Shown here: piece after piece, positions 36,960 through 46,836 of the stretch
Layout: every line of letters begins with the position of its first letter
How positions within the stretch are numbered: the stretch's first letter is position 1
DNA from: an uncultured Gemmataceae bacterium
GTDB taxonomy: Bacteria > Planctomycetota > Planctomycetia > Gemmatales > Gemmataceae
Assembly (NCBI GenBank): GCA_963750165.1
Contig: CAVVPN010000004.1
Span: 1,216,001 to 1,280,000, forward strand
Length of the DNA stretch: 64,000 nucleotides
Direction: 5' to 3'
The notes under the pieces: generated by a model
The model's input: only the letters and a program-made list of their open reading frames with translations
What the model was told of the DNA's origin: nothing
Database searches by the model: none
Program-made: the position numbers and the translations under genes

Positions 36960-39557
36960 TCAACCGGCCTTCTTCTTGCCGTTGCCCTGCGCGATGCGGA
37001 TCTGGCCGCGCAGATACCCCAGCGCGATGTCCAGCTGGCGGTCCCGGAACTCCGGCCGTGTCTCCCGCGGCCGGTCGGGTCGATGTATGATTTCCTGGTC
37101 TCGTTGCGAGTCCTGCAGGTCGTTTAGCTCCTTGATGCTGAGCTTCAGGTTGTAGCCCTTGTTGGGCGTGACGCCCCACTCGTCCTCGTCCTTGCCGGAC
37201 GTGCTGGCCTTGTTCAGGTTGCGGCCGTTGGGCCGCCAGAACGTGGCCGTCGTCACCTTCAGTGCCGCGTTGCCGCCCTGTGTCTCGAACGGCAGGATCG
37301 TCTGCACACTGCCCTTGCCGTAACTGCGCGAGCCCATGACCACCGCCCGGTTGTGGTCCTGCAGACACGCGGCCACGATCTCGCTGCCGCTGGCGCTGAA
37401 GCCGTTCACCAGGCACACCATCGGGAAGACCGTGTAACTGCCGTCACTCTTGCCCACGTAGGACGTCTCCGGGCCGTTGCGCGGCTTGATCGTCACGATC
37501 ATACCGTCATCAATAAACAGGTCGGAAATCTTCACCGCACTGTCGAGCAGGCCGCCCGGGTTGAAGCGCAGGTCGAGAACGAAGCCCTTGATGCCGATCT
37601 TGCTCAGCCGCTTCATCACCAGTTCGAGGTCGCGCGCCGTGCTCCGCGCGAACTGCGTCAGCCGCACGTAGCAAATCTTGTTCTCCGGATCGATCACGTA
37701 GTCCCAGCTGTCATCCTGGTTGCGCTTGAAGCCGACCACGCTTTCCAGTTCCACGCGGCCGCGGATCAGGTTGAACTCCAGCGGCTTCTCCGAGCCCTCA
37801 CGCTCGACAATCAACTTGATCCGGGTGCCGGCGTCGCCCAGAATCTTCTTGACCGCGTCCTCGGTGCTCATGCCCTTGGTGGAAATCACCTCCGGCACCG
37901 CGAACTGCTTGCCGTGCTCGTCGTTCTCGCGGATGATCGTGGTGATGATGTCGCCGGCGTACATCTTGGCCTTGTAGGCCGGGCTGCCCATGATCGGCGT
38001 CACCACCTGCAACATGTCCTTGGTGAAATTCTTGCGAATCTGCACGCCGATGCCCGAGAAGTTGCCGAACAGAATGCCCTGGCTCTTGCGCACCTCCTCG
38101 GGGTCACTGTAGTCGGTGTGGCGGTCCAGCTTGCCCAACATCGAGTGCAGCGTCAGCGTTACGTCCTTGCCGTCTTCCAGATCCTCGCGCTTGCCGAGGT
38201 TGCGCCGCGCATCGGTCAGCAACTTGAGCAGGTCCGCCGGCTGCATGCCCTTGGCGTTGTCCAGCCGCTCCTTGATGCTCGGCGGCGTCACCGCCTCGAT
38301 GCGCTTGTACAGGCCCTTGATGCCGTTCTCGACCATCTGGCCCTGGTTGAGTTCCTTGAAGTAATTGCGCTTCACCACGTCCGCGGCTTCCATCACCGTG
38401 CGGGCGAACTTGCCGGCCTCGGCCTCGGTCATGCGGGTGCTGGCCCGGATGTCGGCCCGCTCCTTGTTGAACGCGGCCAGGGTGATCTTGTCGTCGGCCA
38501 GCTTCTGGTACGCCTTGCGCAGGCTCTGCTGGGCCTCCAGCTTCGGCATGCGCGTCAGCAGGGCGCGGCCCTCTTCCTGCACGTCTTTCGGGAGTTTCGC
38601 CTTGTCGGCGAGCTTCTCGAAGGCGGCGACGCGCGCGGCGGTCTTCTTCGTGACGGCGGGGTTGAGGTCGATGACGAAGTTGCTGGACTGGCCCTCCAGG
38701 ACGATGGCCTGCTGGGCCTTCTCCTCGTTGGTCTTGCCGATTTTGCGGTTCAGTTCGCCCACCTGCTTGCGGACATACTTGGCCAGTTCGTCCACGGTCA
38801 CCAAGCCATCGGATTCATAGCCCTCGGTGTCGGCCTTGCCCTTGAGGCCGTCGATGACCACGTGCGCGAAGACGCCGTGATCCTTCAACTTCAGCGACGG
38901 CTTGAGGCCGTTGTTGGCCAGGAAGACGACACGGCTGGCGATCGGGGCCTTCTCATCTTCCTTGCCCATGAACTCCTTGTAGAAGTTGCCCAGATTGGGG
39001 TCCGGGGCGGTTTCCTTGGCGCCGAGGTTGAAGCCGCGGAAGTTCACGTCCAGGAAGGCGACGAAGCGCTGACTCTTGAGCTTTTCCAGGGCGTGCTCGA
39101 TCTCGGCGCTGAGCACGGCGTTCTCGGAGCGGTCCTTGAAGGTGGAGTCGGCGGCGAAGTAGACGGCCTTGTTGGCCAGCGGAGCGCCCTGGCCGAAGAA
39201 GGCGAAGATTGCCAGGTCGTCCTTCTTGGCTTTGCTGCCGAGCCACTGCACGGCCTTGACGATGTTGGCCTTGGTGGCTTTTTCGCTGGGGCGCTTGTCG
39301 TCCGGAGTGCCGAGTAGCAGCTTGATGTGCTTGGCGTCCGCGCCGAGGTAGTCCTTGTTGACGAAGATGTCGTAAAGGGCCTTGGCGTCTGCCTCGGCGA
39401 GGGGGCGGGGGGTGATCTGCGGGTCGGCGTATTTGCTGACGCCGACGATGACAATGTAGGGCTGATGCGGTTCGTCCGCGGCGGCCGCGGTGGGCCGGCC
39501 GAACAGGGCGGCCACCACGACCGCGACGAACAACCCCAGGAACTTGGCCTTGGTCAT
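36960..39557 (-). CDS. ctpA: Exported S41A C-terminal processing protease (PDZ + S41) with an N-terminal catalytically degenerate caspase-like (C14) domain
   Basis: Signal peptide. IVIVGVSKY...ADAKAL...ATKANI...FAFFGQG...FLDVN is caspase-fold. PDZ GIGVQI...SPA. DLRFNPGGLL, SASGSEIV (Ser) and SYGKGSVQ (Lys). Confidence 0.88.
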   Translation of the reverse strand: MTKAKFLGLFVAVVVAALFGRPTAAAADEPHQPYIVIVGVSKYADPQITPRPLAEADAKALYDIFVNKDYLGADAKHIKLLLGTPDDKRPSEKATKANIVKAVQWLGSKAKKDDLAIFAFFGQGAPLANKAVYFAADSTFKDRSENAVLSAEIEHALEKLKSQRFVAFLDVNFRGFNLGAKETAPDPNLGNFYKEFMGKEDEKAPIASRVVFLANNGLKPSLKLKDHGVFAHVVIDGLKGKADTEGYESDGLVTVDELAKYVRKQVGELNRKIGKTNEEKAQQAIVLEGQSSNFVIDLNPAVTKKTAARVAAFEKLADKAKLPKDVQEEGRALLTRMPKLEAQQSLRKAYQKLADDKITLAAFNKERADIRASTRMTEAEAGKFARTVMEAADVVKRNYFKELNQGQMVENGIKGLYKRIEAVTPPSIKERLDNAKGMQPADLLKLLTDARRNLGKREDLEDGKDVTLTLHSMLGKLDRHTDYSDPEEVRKSQGILFGNFSGIGVQIRKNFTKDMLQVVTPIMGSPAYKAKMYAGDIITTIIRENDEHGKQFAVPEVISTKGMSTEDAVKKILGDAGTRIKLIVEREGSEKPLEFNLIRGRVELESVVGFKRNQDDSWDYVIDPENKICYVRLTQFARSTARDLELVMKRLSKIGIKGFVLDLRFNPGGLLDSAVKISDLFIDDGMIVTIKPRNGPETSYVGKSDGSYTVFPMVCLVNGFSASGSEIVAACLQDHNRAVVMGSRSYGKGSVQTILPFETQGGNAALKVTTATFWRPNGRNLNKASTSGKDEDEWGVTPNKGYNLKLSIKELNDLQDSQRDQEIIHRPDRPRETRPEFRDRQLDIALGYLRGQIRIAQGNGKKKAG

Positions 39558-39764
39558 GAAAACGATCCTTTCGTCTTGGATGGGAGGGTCGGTCCTGGGC
39601 GGGGCGTCCGAGGGTGCAAAGCTTGTGACGGTGGGACCGATCCCTGTCATGCTCCATCTGCCATTCTGACTAACCCGCCAGGACAGTCAATGGAGATTCG
39701 GCGAAGTGGACCGGGGATGGGATGAACGCCCGTGCGGCGGTGGTGGACGCCAGTTACGGAATCG

Positions 39765-39822
39765 CGAGTCCGAGCCCGAGCGCCAGCGCGGGGCCCCGCG
39801 CTGGCGCTCGGGCTCGGACTCG
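39765..39822. repeat. REP-like palindrome, family A
   Basis: cgagtccgagcccgagcgccagcgcggggccccgcgctggcgctcgggctcggactcg is a perfect palindrome. Confidence 0.9.
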
Positions 39823-39841
39823 AAACAAGAACCATCAGCGC

Positions 39842-41350
39842 TTATGCCCGCGGCTTCGGGCCGGGCACCTCGAAGACCACCGCACCCCACGCCGGCAGGT
39901 CCACCAGCAGGCCGCGCGTCTGCAGTTCGCTGTCCGGCTGATAGACCATGCCGGTCAACAGCTCGCGCCACGGCTTGCCGCCCACGTCGGTCCAGGGCGA
40001 CGCCACGTATCCCTTGCCCGGCTCCGCCGCGTAGTTGACGGCCGCCAGCAACCGCCGGCCTGCACCCTCCCAGCAGAACGCCACCAGCTGGTTGAACGAC
40101 CGGTTCTCCGGCCACACCGGCGCCGCCTCCAGCAGTCGCCAGTTACCGCAGCGCACCTCCGGCCGCCGCAGCAACTCCAGCACGCGCCGGTAAATCGCCT
40201 CGACCTCCGGGTCCGGCGCCTCCGGTGGGCGGCGCCGCACGTGCAGCGACGCCTTCCGTCGCCGACCCTCCAGTTCGCCCTCGTGGAAGAAGCGCATCCC
40301 CGGCACCAGAAACGTCAGCAGCGCCGCCGCCTGGTGCGCCGCCGGCGTATACAGCGTCGCGACCCGCGGCTCGTCGTGGTTCTCCAGGAAGCGGACGCTG
40401 CGCCGCTGGAATTCCGGATCCGCGTGCAGGTGGCCGCGCACCGCCGCCGGGTCGCGGGCTGCAAGCCGGTCGTAGTGCCGCTTGTCGTAAGTGTAGTCGA
40501 AGCCGCGCTGTTGCAGCGTCCACTCCATGTCCCAGTACACCTCTGCCACGAACAGAAACTTCGGTGCGTACTGCAACACCCGACTGATGGCCTCGGGCCA
40601 GAACGGCGTGTCCACCGGCGGCGAGCCATCGCGCGGCCGCGAACGCTCGCCCCAGATTTGCAGGATGATCTCTGTTAACAGCAGCATCGCCATGTCGCAG
40701 CGAACGCCGTCGCACAGGTCCATCAGTTTCGTCAGCTCCTCCATCATCGCCTCGCGCAACACGGCATGGCGGTAGTTGAGCTGCAGCGTGTCCTGCCAGG
40801 CCGGGAAGTACGGATCACGGCCGTGGGCGATCACCACCGGGCCGCGCTGTGACATCACCAACCGGTAGTTGTCCGGCTCGCGCTGCAGGTCGGCCTGGTC
40901 GCCCAGGATGTAATACTCTGGATATTCCGTGGCCCAGCGGTGATCGACCGCGGTGTGGTTGCCCACGAAGTCCAGCAACAACCGTACACCACGCTTCGCC
41001 AGTCGATCGCGGAACGCTTGCAGCGCCGCGTTGCCGCCGAAGTCGGTGTGGACGGTGTAGCTCCGCACGGCGAACGGCGAGCCGCACACGTCGTCGTCGG
41101 TGAAGTTCGGCAGGGCAGCCTGCATGTCGCGCCACCACTCGGGATGGCTCAGCGACACTTTGCGGCCCGCCGGCCCCGTCTGCCAGATGCCGAGCAGATA
41201 CACCCAGTCGAAGCCGCGCGCCGCGACCTGGTCGAGGTAGGCGTCCGGCACGTCGGCCAGGGTGGCGGGCCGGCCGCACTGCTGGGCCAGGTCCGCCAGC
41301 CAGACGCGGGTGTTGATTTCCAGGAGCGCTGGGTAGGGAGCGTTCGCCAT
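39842..41350 (-). CDS. Alpha-amylase family glycoside hydrolase (GH13)
   Basis: LDFVGNH, DGVRCDMA (nucleophile), AEVYW (acid/base) and FLENHDE. Confidence 0.92.
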   Translation of the reverse strand: MANAPYPALLEINTRVWLADLAQQCGRPATLADVPDAYLDQVAARGFDWVYLLGIWQTGPAGRKVSLSHPEWWRDMQAALPNFTDDDVCGSPFAVRSYTVHTDFGGNAALQAFRDRLAKRGVRLLLDFVGNHTAVDHRWATEYPEYYILGDQADLQREPDNYRLVMSQRGPVVIAHGRDPYFPAWQDTLQLNYRHAVLREAMMEELTKLMDLCDGVRCDMAMLLLTEIILQIWGERSRPRDGSPPVDTPFWPEAISRVLQYAPKFLFVAEVYWDMEWTLQQRGFDYTYDKRHYDRLAARDPAAVRGHLHADPEFQRRSVRFLENHDEPRVATLYTPAAHQAAALLTFLVPGMRFFHEGELEGRRRKASLHVRRRPPEAPDPEVEAIYRRVLELLRRPEVRCGNWRLLEAAPVWPENRSFNQLVAFCWEGAGRRLLAAVNYAAEPGKGYVASPWTDVGGKPWRELLTGMVYQPDSELQTRGLLVDLPAWGAVVFEVPGPKPRA

Positions 41351-41639
41351 GTGCTCGCCGCGGCGTACCGGGGGACCGCGGCCCTTTCGCCTCATCGGTG
41401 TGTATGGTCGCGCCGCGGCGGTTCGCCGCGACGGCCTCAAATTCCGTCTGCGCGGTACTATATGGCTGCCACGTCGGGAAGCAATCAGTCGCACCGCGGC
41501 CAGGCTCAGGTGTTCAATGGATCGTGAACGGCACACGCTTTGCCCCTGGAGGAGATGAAGCAACAAATGGGGAGCGCCTGGAGCGGCCCCAACCGAACCC
41601 AACCACTCACGAGGGGTGGCATCATGAACTCCGAAACGA

Positions 41640-42041
41640 GTGGCCCTCCGGCGTGCGCCGCGGCGGGTTCTGATCGTTGAGGATAACCCTGACTGCCGGG
41701 AATCCCTGCGTATCTTGCTGACGCTGATGGGCTACCGGGTGGAGACGGCCGCGGATGGGTTGGAGGGGGTGCGCCAGGGCCTGGCGTCGCCCCCGGATGT
41801 GGCGGTGGTGGATCTGGGGCTGCCCGGGCTGGACGGTTTCACGGTCGGCCGGCGGCTGCGCGAGGCGCTGGGGCCGGGCCTGGCCCTGATCGCCCTGACG
41901 GGCTACGGCGACCCGGAGACGACGCGTGCGGTGGCCGCGGCGGGTTTCGACGAACACCTGGTCAAGCCGCTGAAACTGGATCGGCTGGCGCCGTGGCTGG
42001 AGGGACGGGCGGACAACCGCGCAACATTGAGAACTGAATAG
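41640..42041 (+). CDS. Single-domain response regulator receiver protein (true start may be ATG 41624 with a frameshift)
   Basis: VLIVEDN...DVAVVDLGLPGLDG...IALTGYG...GFDEHLVKP. Confidence 0.88.
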   Translation: MALRRAPRRVLIVEDNPDCRESLRILLTLMGYRVETAADGLEGVRQGLASPPDVAVVDLGLPGLDGFTVGRRLREALGPGLALIALTGYGDPETTRAVAAAGFDEHLVKPLKLDRLAPWLEGRADNRATLRTE

Positions 42042-42062
42042 AGCCCTGTGCGGGCAACCGAT

Positions 42063-43304
42063 TCACGATTTCAAGATTTGCTGATCGAGCCACCCGCGCA
42101 GATCCTCGTCGCTGAGGCGCGTCGGCAGTTCGCAGCCGTGGACCCAACCGCCCGATTCGGGCTGCAGGCGAACCACCTTGACCAGCAGTGTCCGGGGGCC
42201 ATGCGTCAGCGGTTCGATCACCAGCAGCGTGCCTGAGGGAAACGGCGTCTCCAGGAACAGCCCGACACCTGCTTCCGACAGATCACGGACGGTGACGAAC
42301 ACCTCCTCCGCCTCGCCCTCCAGGCGGGCAAATGCCGGCCGATTGCACAGCACCCGACCACAGGCGCGCCGCTCCACATGGACCGTGGCGGTGCCCACCT
42401 GGCCCTGGGCCTCGCGCTCAACGGCGTGAATCAGGCGCGCCTTGCCCTGCCGCTTGGCCCGGTACATCAGCGCATCGACCCGTTGGACCATCACGTCCAC
42501 CTCCCAGGCCGGCCGCAGATACGTGATCGCGCCGATACTGATCGTCACCGGCCAGCCGTGCCGGGCCATCTCCTCGGCCAGGGTCGTCTGCACGCGCGTC
42601 AGCAGCACCACCGCACCGGGGCCGTCGGTCTCGGGCAGCAGCAGGCCGAATTCATCGCCGCCCAGTCGGGCCAGCAAGTCCGAAGACCGCAGGTGAGCCC
42701 GGGCCGTGCGCACCACGTGTAGCAGCGCCGCATCGCCGGCGGCGTGGCCCAGGCGGTCGTTCAGCTGCTTGAAGTTGTCCAGGTCGAGGTAGGCCAGCGT
42801 CAGCGGCCGGTCGGCACGAAAAGCCCGCTCCGCCTCGACAGCGGCGGTCTCGTAGAAGGTGCGGGCGTTGGCGGCGCCGGTGAGCGCGTCCGTCCGCGCC
42901 AGCCGATGCTCACGGAGCATGCCGGTGCGCAGCCGCGATACCAGGCTGGAGACCAGCACCAGCGTGGCGAAGCGCGTCAGGCCGTTCCAGCAGGCGATGT
43001 GGTTCGGCAGCGCCGGGTTTCCCAGCACATCGACCAGGTGCCAGGCGACCGAGCCGGCCAGCGCCAGCAAGATGCCGTGGGGGAACCCGCTCCACCAGGC
43101 GCAGCCCACCACCGGGATCAGGTAAAAGATGGTGAATGAGAGTTGCGGCCCCGTATGCCAGTCCAGCACGCCGATGAGCACGACCAGGAGCAGGCCGCCC
43201 AGGACCAGGCCGCCCTCCCGCAGGCCAGCGAGCAGCCGCGCCGCCCGCTGCGCTGGCGGGTTGCTGGCGGACACGACGGGCGGGGACGGGATAGTGGGCA
43301 TCAT
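42063..43304 (-). CDS. Membrane diguanylate cyclase (TM-GGDEF) with a C-terminal PilZ domain
   Basis: Four TM helices. DLDNFKQLND..GH, I-site RSSD and GGDEF. PilZ motifs RACGR (RxxxR) and DLSEAG (DxSxxG). Confidence 0.92.
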   Translation of the reverse strand: MMPTIPSPPVVSASNPPAQRAARLLAGLREGGLVLGGLLLVVLIGVLDWHTGPQLSFTIFYLIPVVGCAWWSGFPHGILLALAGSVAWHLVDVLGNPALPNHIACWNGLTRFATLVLVSSLVSRLRTGMLREHRLARTDALTGAANARTFYETAAVEAERAFRADRPLTLAYLDLDNFKQLNDRLGHAAGDAALLHVVRTARAHLRSSDLLARLGGDEFGLLLPETDGPGAVVLLTRVQTTLAEEMARHGWPVTISIGAITYLRPAWEVDVMVQRVDALMYRAKRQGKARLIHAVEREAQGQVGTATVHVERRACGRVLCNRPAFARLEGEAEEVFVTVRDLSEAGVGLFLETPFPSGTLLVIEPLTHGPRTLLVKVVRLQPESGGWVHGCELPTRLSDEDLRGWLDQQILKS

Positions 43305-43448
43305 GGGCTCACAGGGGTCAGGGAATGAACTCAGGCCACGGGCGCAAAATTCCTCATAACGGTATATACTTCACAACCGGCCTGCGGGTGTCCGATTCTG
43401 CCGCGGCATTCCCCCTTTTCGCAAAAACCCGCCACGCCTGGTTTGTGA

Positions 43449-43507
43449 TCGGAGCCCGAGCGCCAGCGCGGGGCCAGCGCTGCCCCGCGCTGGCGCTCGG
43501 GCTCCGA
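43449..43507. repeat. REP-like palindrome, family A
   Basis: tcggagcccgagcgccagcgcgggg...ccccgcgctggcgctcgggctccga. Confidence 0.88.
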
Positions 43508-43608
43508 CCTCCCACGACAATTCAAGGCGCCGCCGCTGGACGGATTCCTGTTTCCTGTTTTGACCGGGGTACAAACTCGCGGTATGCTTCAAAAGACGCC
43601 CAAACTCC

Positions 43609-44891
43609 GTGACCGTCGCGACAGGGCAGGACGGTCACCCGTACCGGAGAATTGTTAGCGTGAACATGGGGCCATACGAACTGCTTGAGCAGATCGGACG
43701 CGGCGGCATGGGCAGCGTCTATCGGAGCCGGCACCGCCAGACCGGCCAGGTGGTCGCCGTCAAGGTCATGACCACCGAGGCTGCCAGCGACCGCGTGCTG
43801 CTGCAACGCTTCGAGCAGGAGTTTCGTGTGGCGGCCCGCCTGGACCACCCGCATATCGTTCGCGGTCTGGACTTCGGCGTGGAGGCCGGCCAACCCTACC
43901 TGGTAATGGAATACGTCCAGGGCCAGAACCTGACCCAGCGCGTCAAGGAACTGGGGCCGTGCCCGCAGGCCCTGGCGCTGCGATTGTTCCTGCAGCTCGC
44001 CGACGCCCTGGACACGGCCCACTGCCATCAGCTGATCCACCGCGACGTCAAGCCCGAGAACATCCTGCTGACGCCGGACGGTCGGGCCAAGCTCGGCGAC
44101 CTCGGGCTCATCAAGGACCTCGGCAGCGAGGAGGCGAACGTCACGCGGTCGCGGACCTGCCTGGGCACGCTCGTCTTCATGTCCCCCGAGCAATTCGAGG
44201 ACGCCAAGCGCGCCACCGCCCGCTCGGACATCTACAGCCTGGCGGCGACGCTGTACTACGCCCTGACCGGCCTGATGCCGTTCCAGGGCCGCGGCCAGTT
44301 AACCATTTTGAAGAAGAAGCTGCAGAGCGATTTTGTGCCGCCGGCGCGGGCGGTCCCGGACCTGCACCCGTTGGTGGATGCGATGATCTGCCGCGCCCTG
44401 GACCCGCGCCGAAGAAGCGGCCGGCGTCGTGCGAGGAGTTCGCGGCGCCGCTGCGCGAGGCCCTGCAGACCTGCGCGCCGACGGTGCGCGTGACGGCCGC
44501 CCCGGTCGCGCCGCCGCCGACGGAGGAGCGGCGGGGGAACCCGCGCTTCAAGTCGGAGCAGGAAGCGTCCTGCCGGCCCGTCCAGCAGAGCACCGCTTTG
44601 CCCTGGACCGCCACCATTGAGGATGCCTCGCTCACGGGCCTGCGGCTGCACATCAGCCGGCGCTTCGAGGCGGGCACGGTCCTGATCATTGAGGTCGCGG
44701 ACGCGAACACGGCGGCGGTCGCGCAATGGCTCGCGCGGGTGTGCTGGGTGCGCGAGGTCGGTCCCAACCAGTGGGGGGTCGGCTGCCTCTTCAACCGCAC
44801 GCTGACCGAGCACGAGTTGAATCAGCTGCTGGGCGGCACCTCCACGGTGGTCACGGCGCCGTCGTCGTCGGCGAACCCGCAAGCGCACTGA
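43609..44891 (+). CDS. Hanks-type Ser/Thr protein kinase with a C-terminal PilZ domain (frameshift at ~44405; start uncertain, 43609-43666)
   Basis: GRGGMG, VAVK, HRDVKPEN, DLG, SPE and SDIYSL. The second frame gives PKKRPASC then ERRGNPRF...DASLTG (PilZ). Confidence 0.88.
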
Positions 44892-44902
44892 CGCCACCGC
44901 CG

Positions 44903-45562
44903 TTACGGCTTGCTGGTGCGGTACGTCGCCAGACTGAGCGTCGGCCGCTCGCGGAACTGCTTGCAGCCCGAACACTCCACCGTCCGCTCCCACTGCGCCA
45001 CCTCCTCCGCCTCGGTGAGTTGCCGCACGAACTCCGCGTAGCGCTCGGACGCCTTGCCGTTGAAGAAAATGAGTTGAATGGTGCCGTCACCGCCGACGTG
45101 GAAGCGCAGGCTGTAGGGCCGGAGCAATTCAACGCGCCGCGCCCGCACGCGCGACTCGGACCACCAGCCGGCGCCGGCGTGGGCCAGCACCTCAACGCGA
45201 TCCAGCAGGACGGTGACCAGCAGGCGGAACTCGCGGATGCTCTCGCCATCGACGGGCAGGGGCGGGGCCTGGCCGCGGACGGTGCGACCCTCGACCCTGC
45301 CGCCCTGGTTCCAGGCGGCGATCCAGGCGTTGAGGCGACCCTGCCAGTCGGGCCGGGCATGGGCGGTGCGGACGAGGATGACCGGATCCTGATTGACCAG
45401 GGCCGATTCCAGCAGCGCATCGAAGGCGTCGGTGTCGGCGTAGTCCAGGGTGGTGGCGGCGAGTTCGGACGGCGGCGCTTCGCGGTAGGGGCGGGGCGGC
45501 TCGTGGCGACAGCTGAGCACGGCCGCCAGGGCCAGGGCGAACAACGGCGTGGCGCGCTTCAT
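44903..45562 (-). CDS. Hypothetical lipoprotein
   Basis: MKRATPLFALALAAVLSC lipobox and a C-terminal CSGC. Confidence 0.7.
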   Translation of the reverse strand: MKRATPLFALALAAVLSCRHEPPRPYREAPPSELAATTLDYADTDAFDALLESALVNQDPVILVRTAHARPDWQGRLNAWIAAWNQGGRVEGRTVRGQAPPLPVDGESIREFRLLVTVLLDRVEVLAHAGAGWWSESRVRARRVELLRPYSLRFHVGGDGTIQLIFFNGKASERYAEFVRQLTEAEEVAQWERTVECSGCKQFRERPTLSLATYRTSKP

Positions 45563-45810
45563 GGCCGGAGTCCCATTCGAGGTTTCCGTCAACTTGTTTC
45601 GGGGGGTGGGCTTATCGCACAGCGCCGATGGCGCGTCAAGATCGCTTCGCGGTGTCCGTGGTCCGTTACAAAGAAGCTGGGAAGTCCTCGGTGATTACCG
45701 GGACTGGAACCCTGCTGGCAACGGACCACGGACAACACTACCTTGATTCGCGACGGCCGCCCGACCTACAATGCCACAGTCATCACTGCCCCCAACCCGA
45801 GGCGCCGCCG

Positions 45811-46836
45811 ATGCCGATTATCGAGGCCCACAACCTCACCAAAACCTACCGCGTCTATCAAAAGAAGGATGGGTTCCTGGGGGCGCTGCGCGGTCTCGTG
45901 CGCCGCCAGTACAAGGAAGTGCGCGCCGTCGAACACGTCAGCTTCAGCATCGAACCCGGCGACATGGTCGCGTTCCTCGGCCCGAACGGCGCCGGCAAGA
46001 CCACGACGCTGAAAATGCTCTCCGGCCTTATCTACCCGACTGCCGGCAGCGCTCAGGTGCTCGGCTTCGTGCCGTGGGAGCGGCAGGACGCCTTCCGTCG
46101 TCGCTTCGCCCTGGTCATGGGGCAGAAGAATCAGCTGTGGTGGGACCTGCCCGCCGCCGACAGCTTTCAACTGCACCGCGAAATCTACTCACTCTCCCTG
46201 GCCGACTTCACGCGCACCCTCGGCGATCTGACCGAACTGTTTGACGTGAAGGAACTGACGCGCCAGCCGGTGCGCGAGCTGTCGCTGGGCGAGCGCATGA
46301 AGATGGAGTTGATCGCGGCGCTGCTGCATCAACCGCAATTGCTGCTGCTCGACGAGCCGACCATCGGCCTGGACGTGCTGGCGCAGGTAAAAATCCAGAA
46401 GTGCCTGAAGGAATACAACGCCCAGCGCGGCGTCACCATGCTGCTGACGAGCCATTACATGCGCGACGTGGAGGCGCTGTGCTCGCGTGTGCTGGTCATC
46501 ACGCACGGCAAGGTCGTTTACGACGGGCCGCTGGCGCGGATCATCGAGCAGTTCGGCAGCGCCAAGCTGGTCAAGCTGCAGTTCGACGGCGCGACGACGC
46601 CCGACGGCCTGGAGCGCTTCGGCGAGGTGACGCGCCGCGAGGGCCCGGCTGCGGATTTGAAGGTGGACCGCAACCGCGTCGCGGACGTGCTGGGCGCCAT
46701 TTTGAACCAGTACACCGTCGTGGACATGAGCGTGCAGGACCCGCCGCTCGACCAGGTGATCGCCCGTGTTTTTGAAGAAAGTCGAGCCCAGCATGAGTCC
46801 GAGCAACGCGCTGAGCTTGAGCGGCAGCCCGCTTAG
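45811..46836 (+). CDS. ABC transporter ATP-binding protein
   Basis: GPNGAGKT, LSLGERMK, LLLDEPTIGLD and TSHYM. Confidence 0.93.
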   Translation: MPIIEAHNLTKTYRVYQKKDGFLGALRGLVRRQYKEVRAVEHVSFSIEPGDMVAFLGPNGAGKTTTLKMLSGLIYPTAGSAQVLGFVPWERQDAFRRRFALVMGQKNQLWWDLPAADSFQLHREIYSLSLADFTRTLGDLTELFDVKELTRQPVRELSLGERMKMELIAALLHQPQLLLLDEPTIGLDVLAQVKIQKCLKEYNAQRGVTMLLTSHYMRDVEALCSRVLVITHGKVVYDGPLARIIEQFGSAKLVKLQFDGATTPDGLERFGEVTRREGPAADLKVDRNRVADVLGAILNQYTVVDMSVQDPPLDQVIARVFEESRAQHESEQRAELERQPA

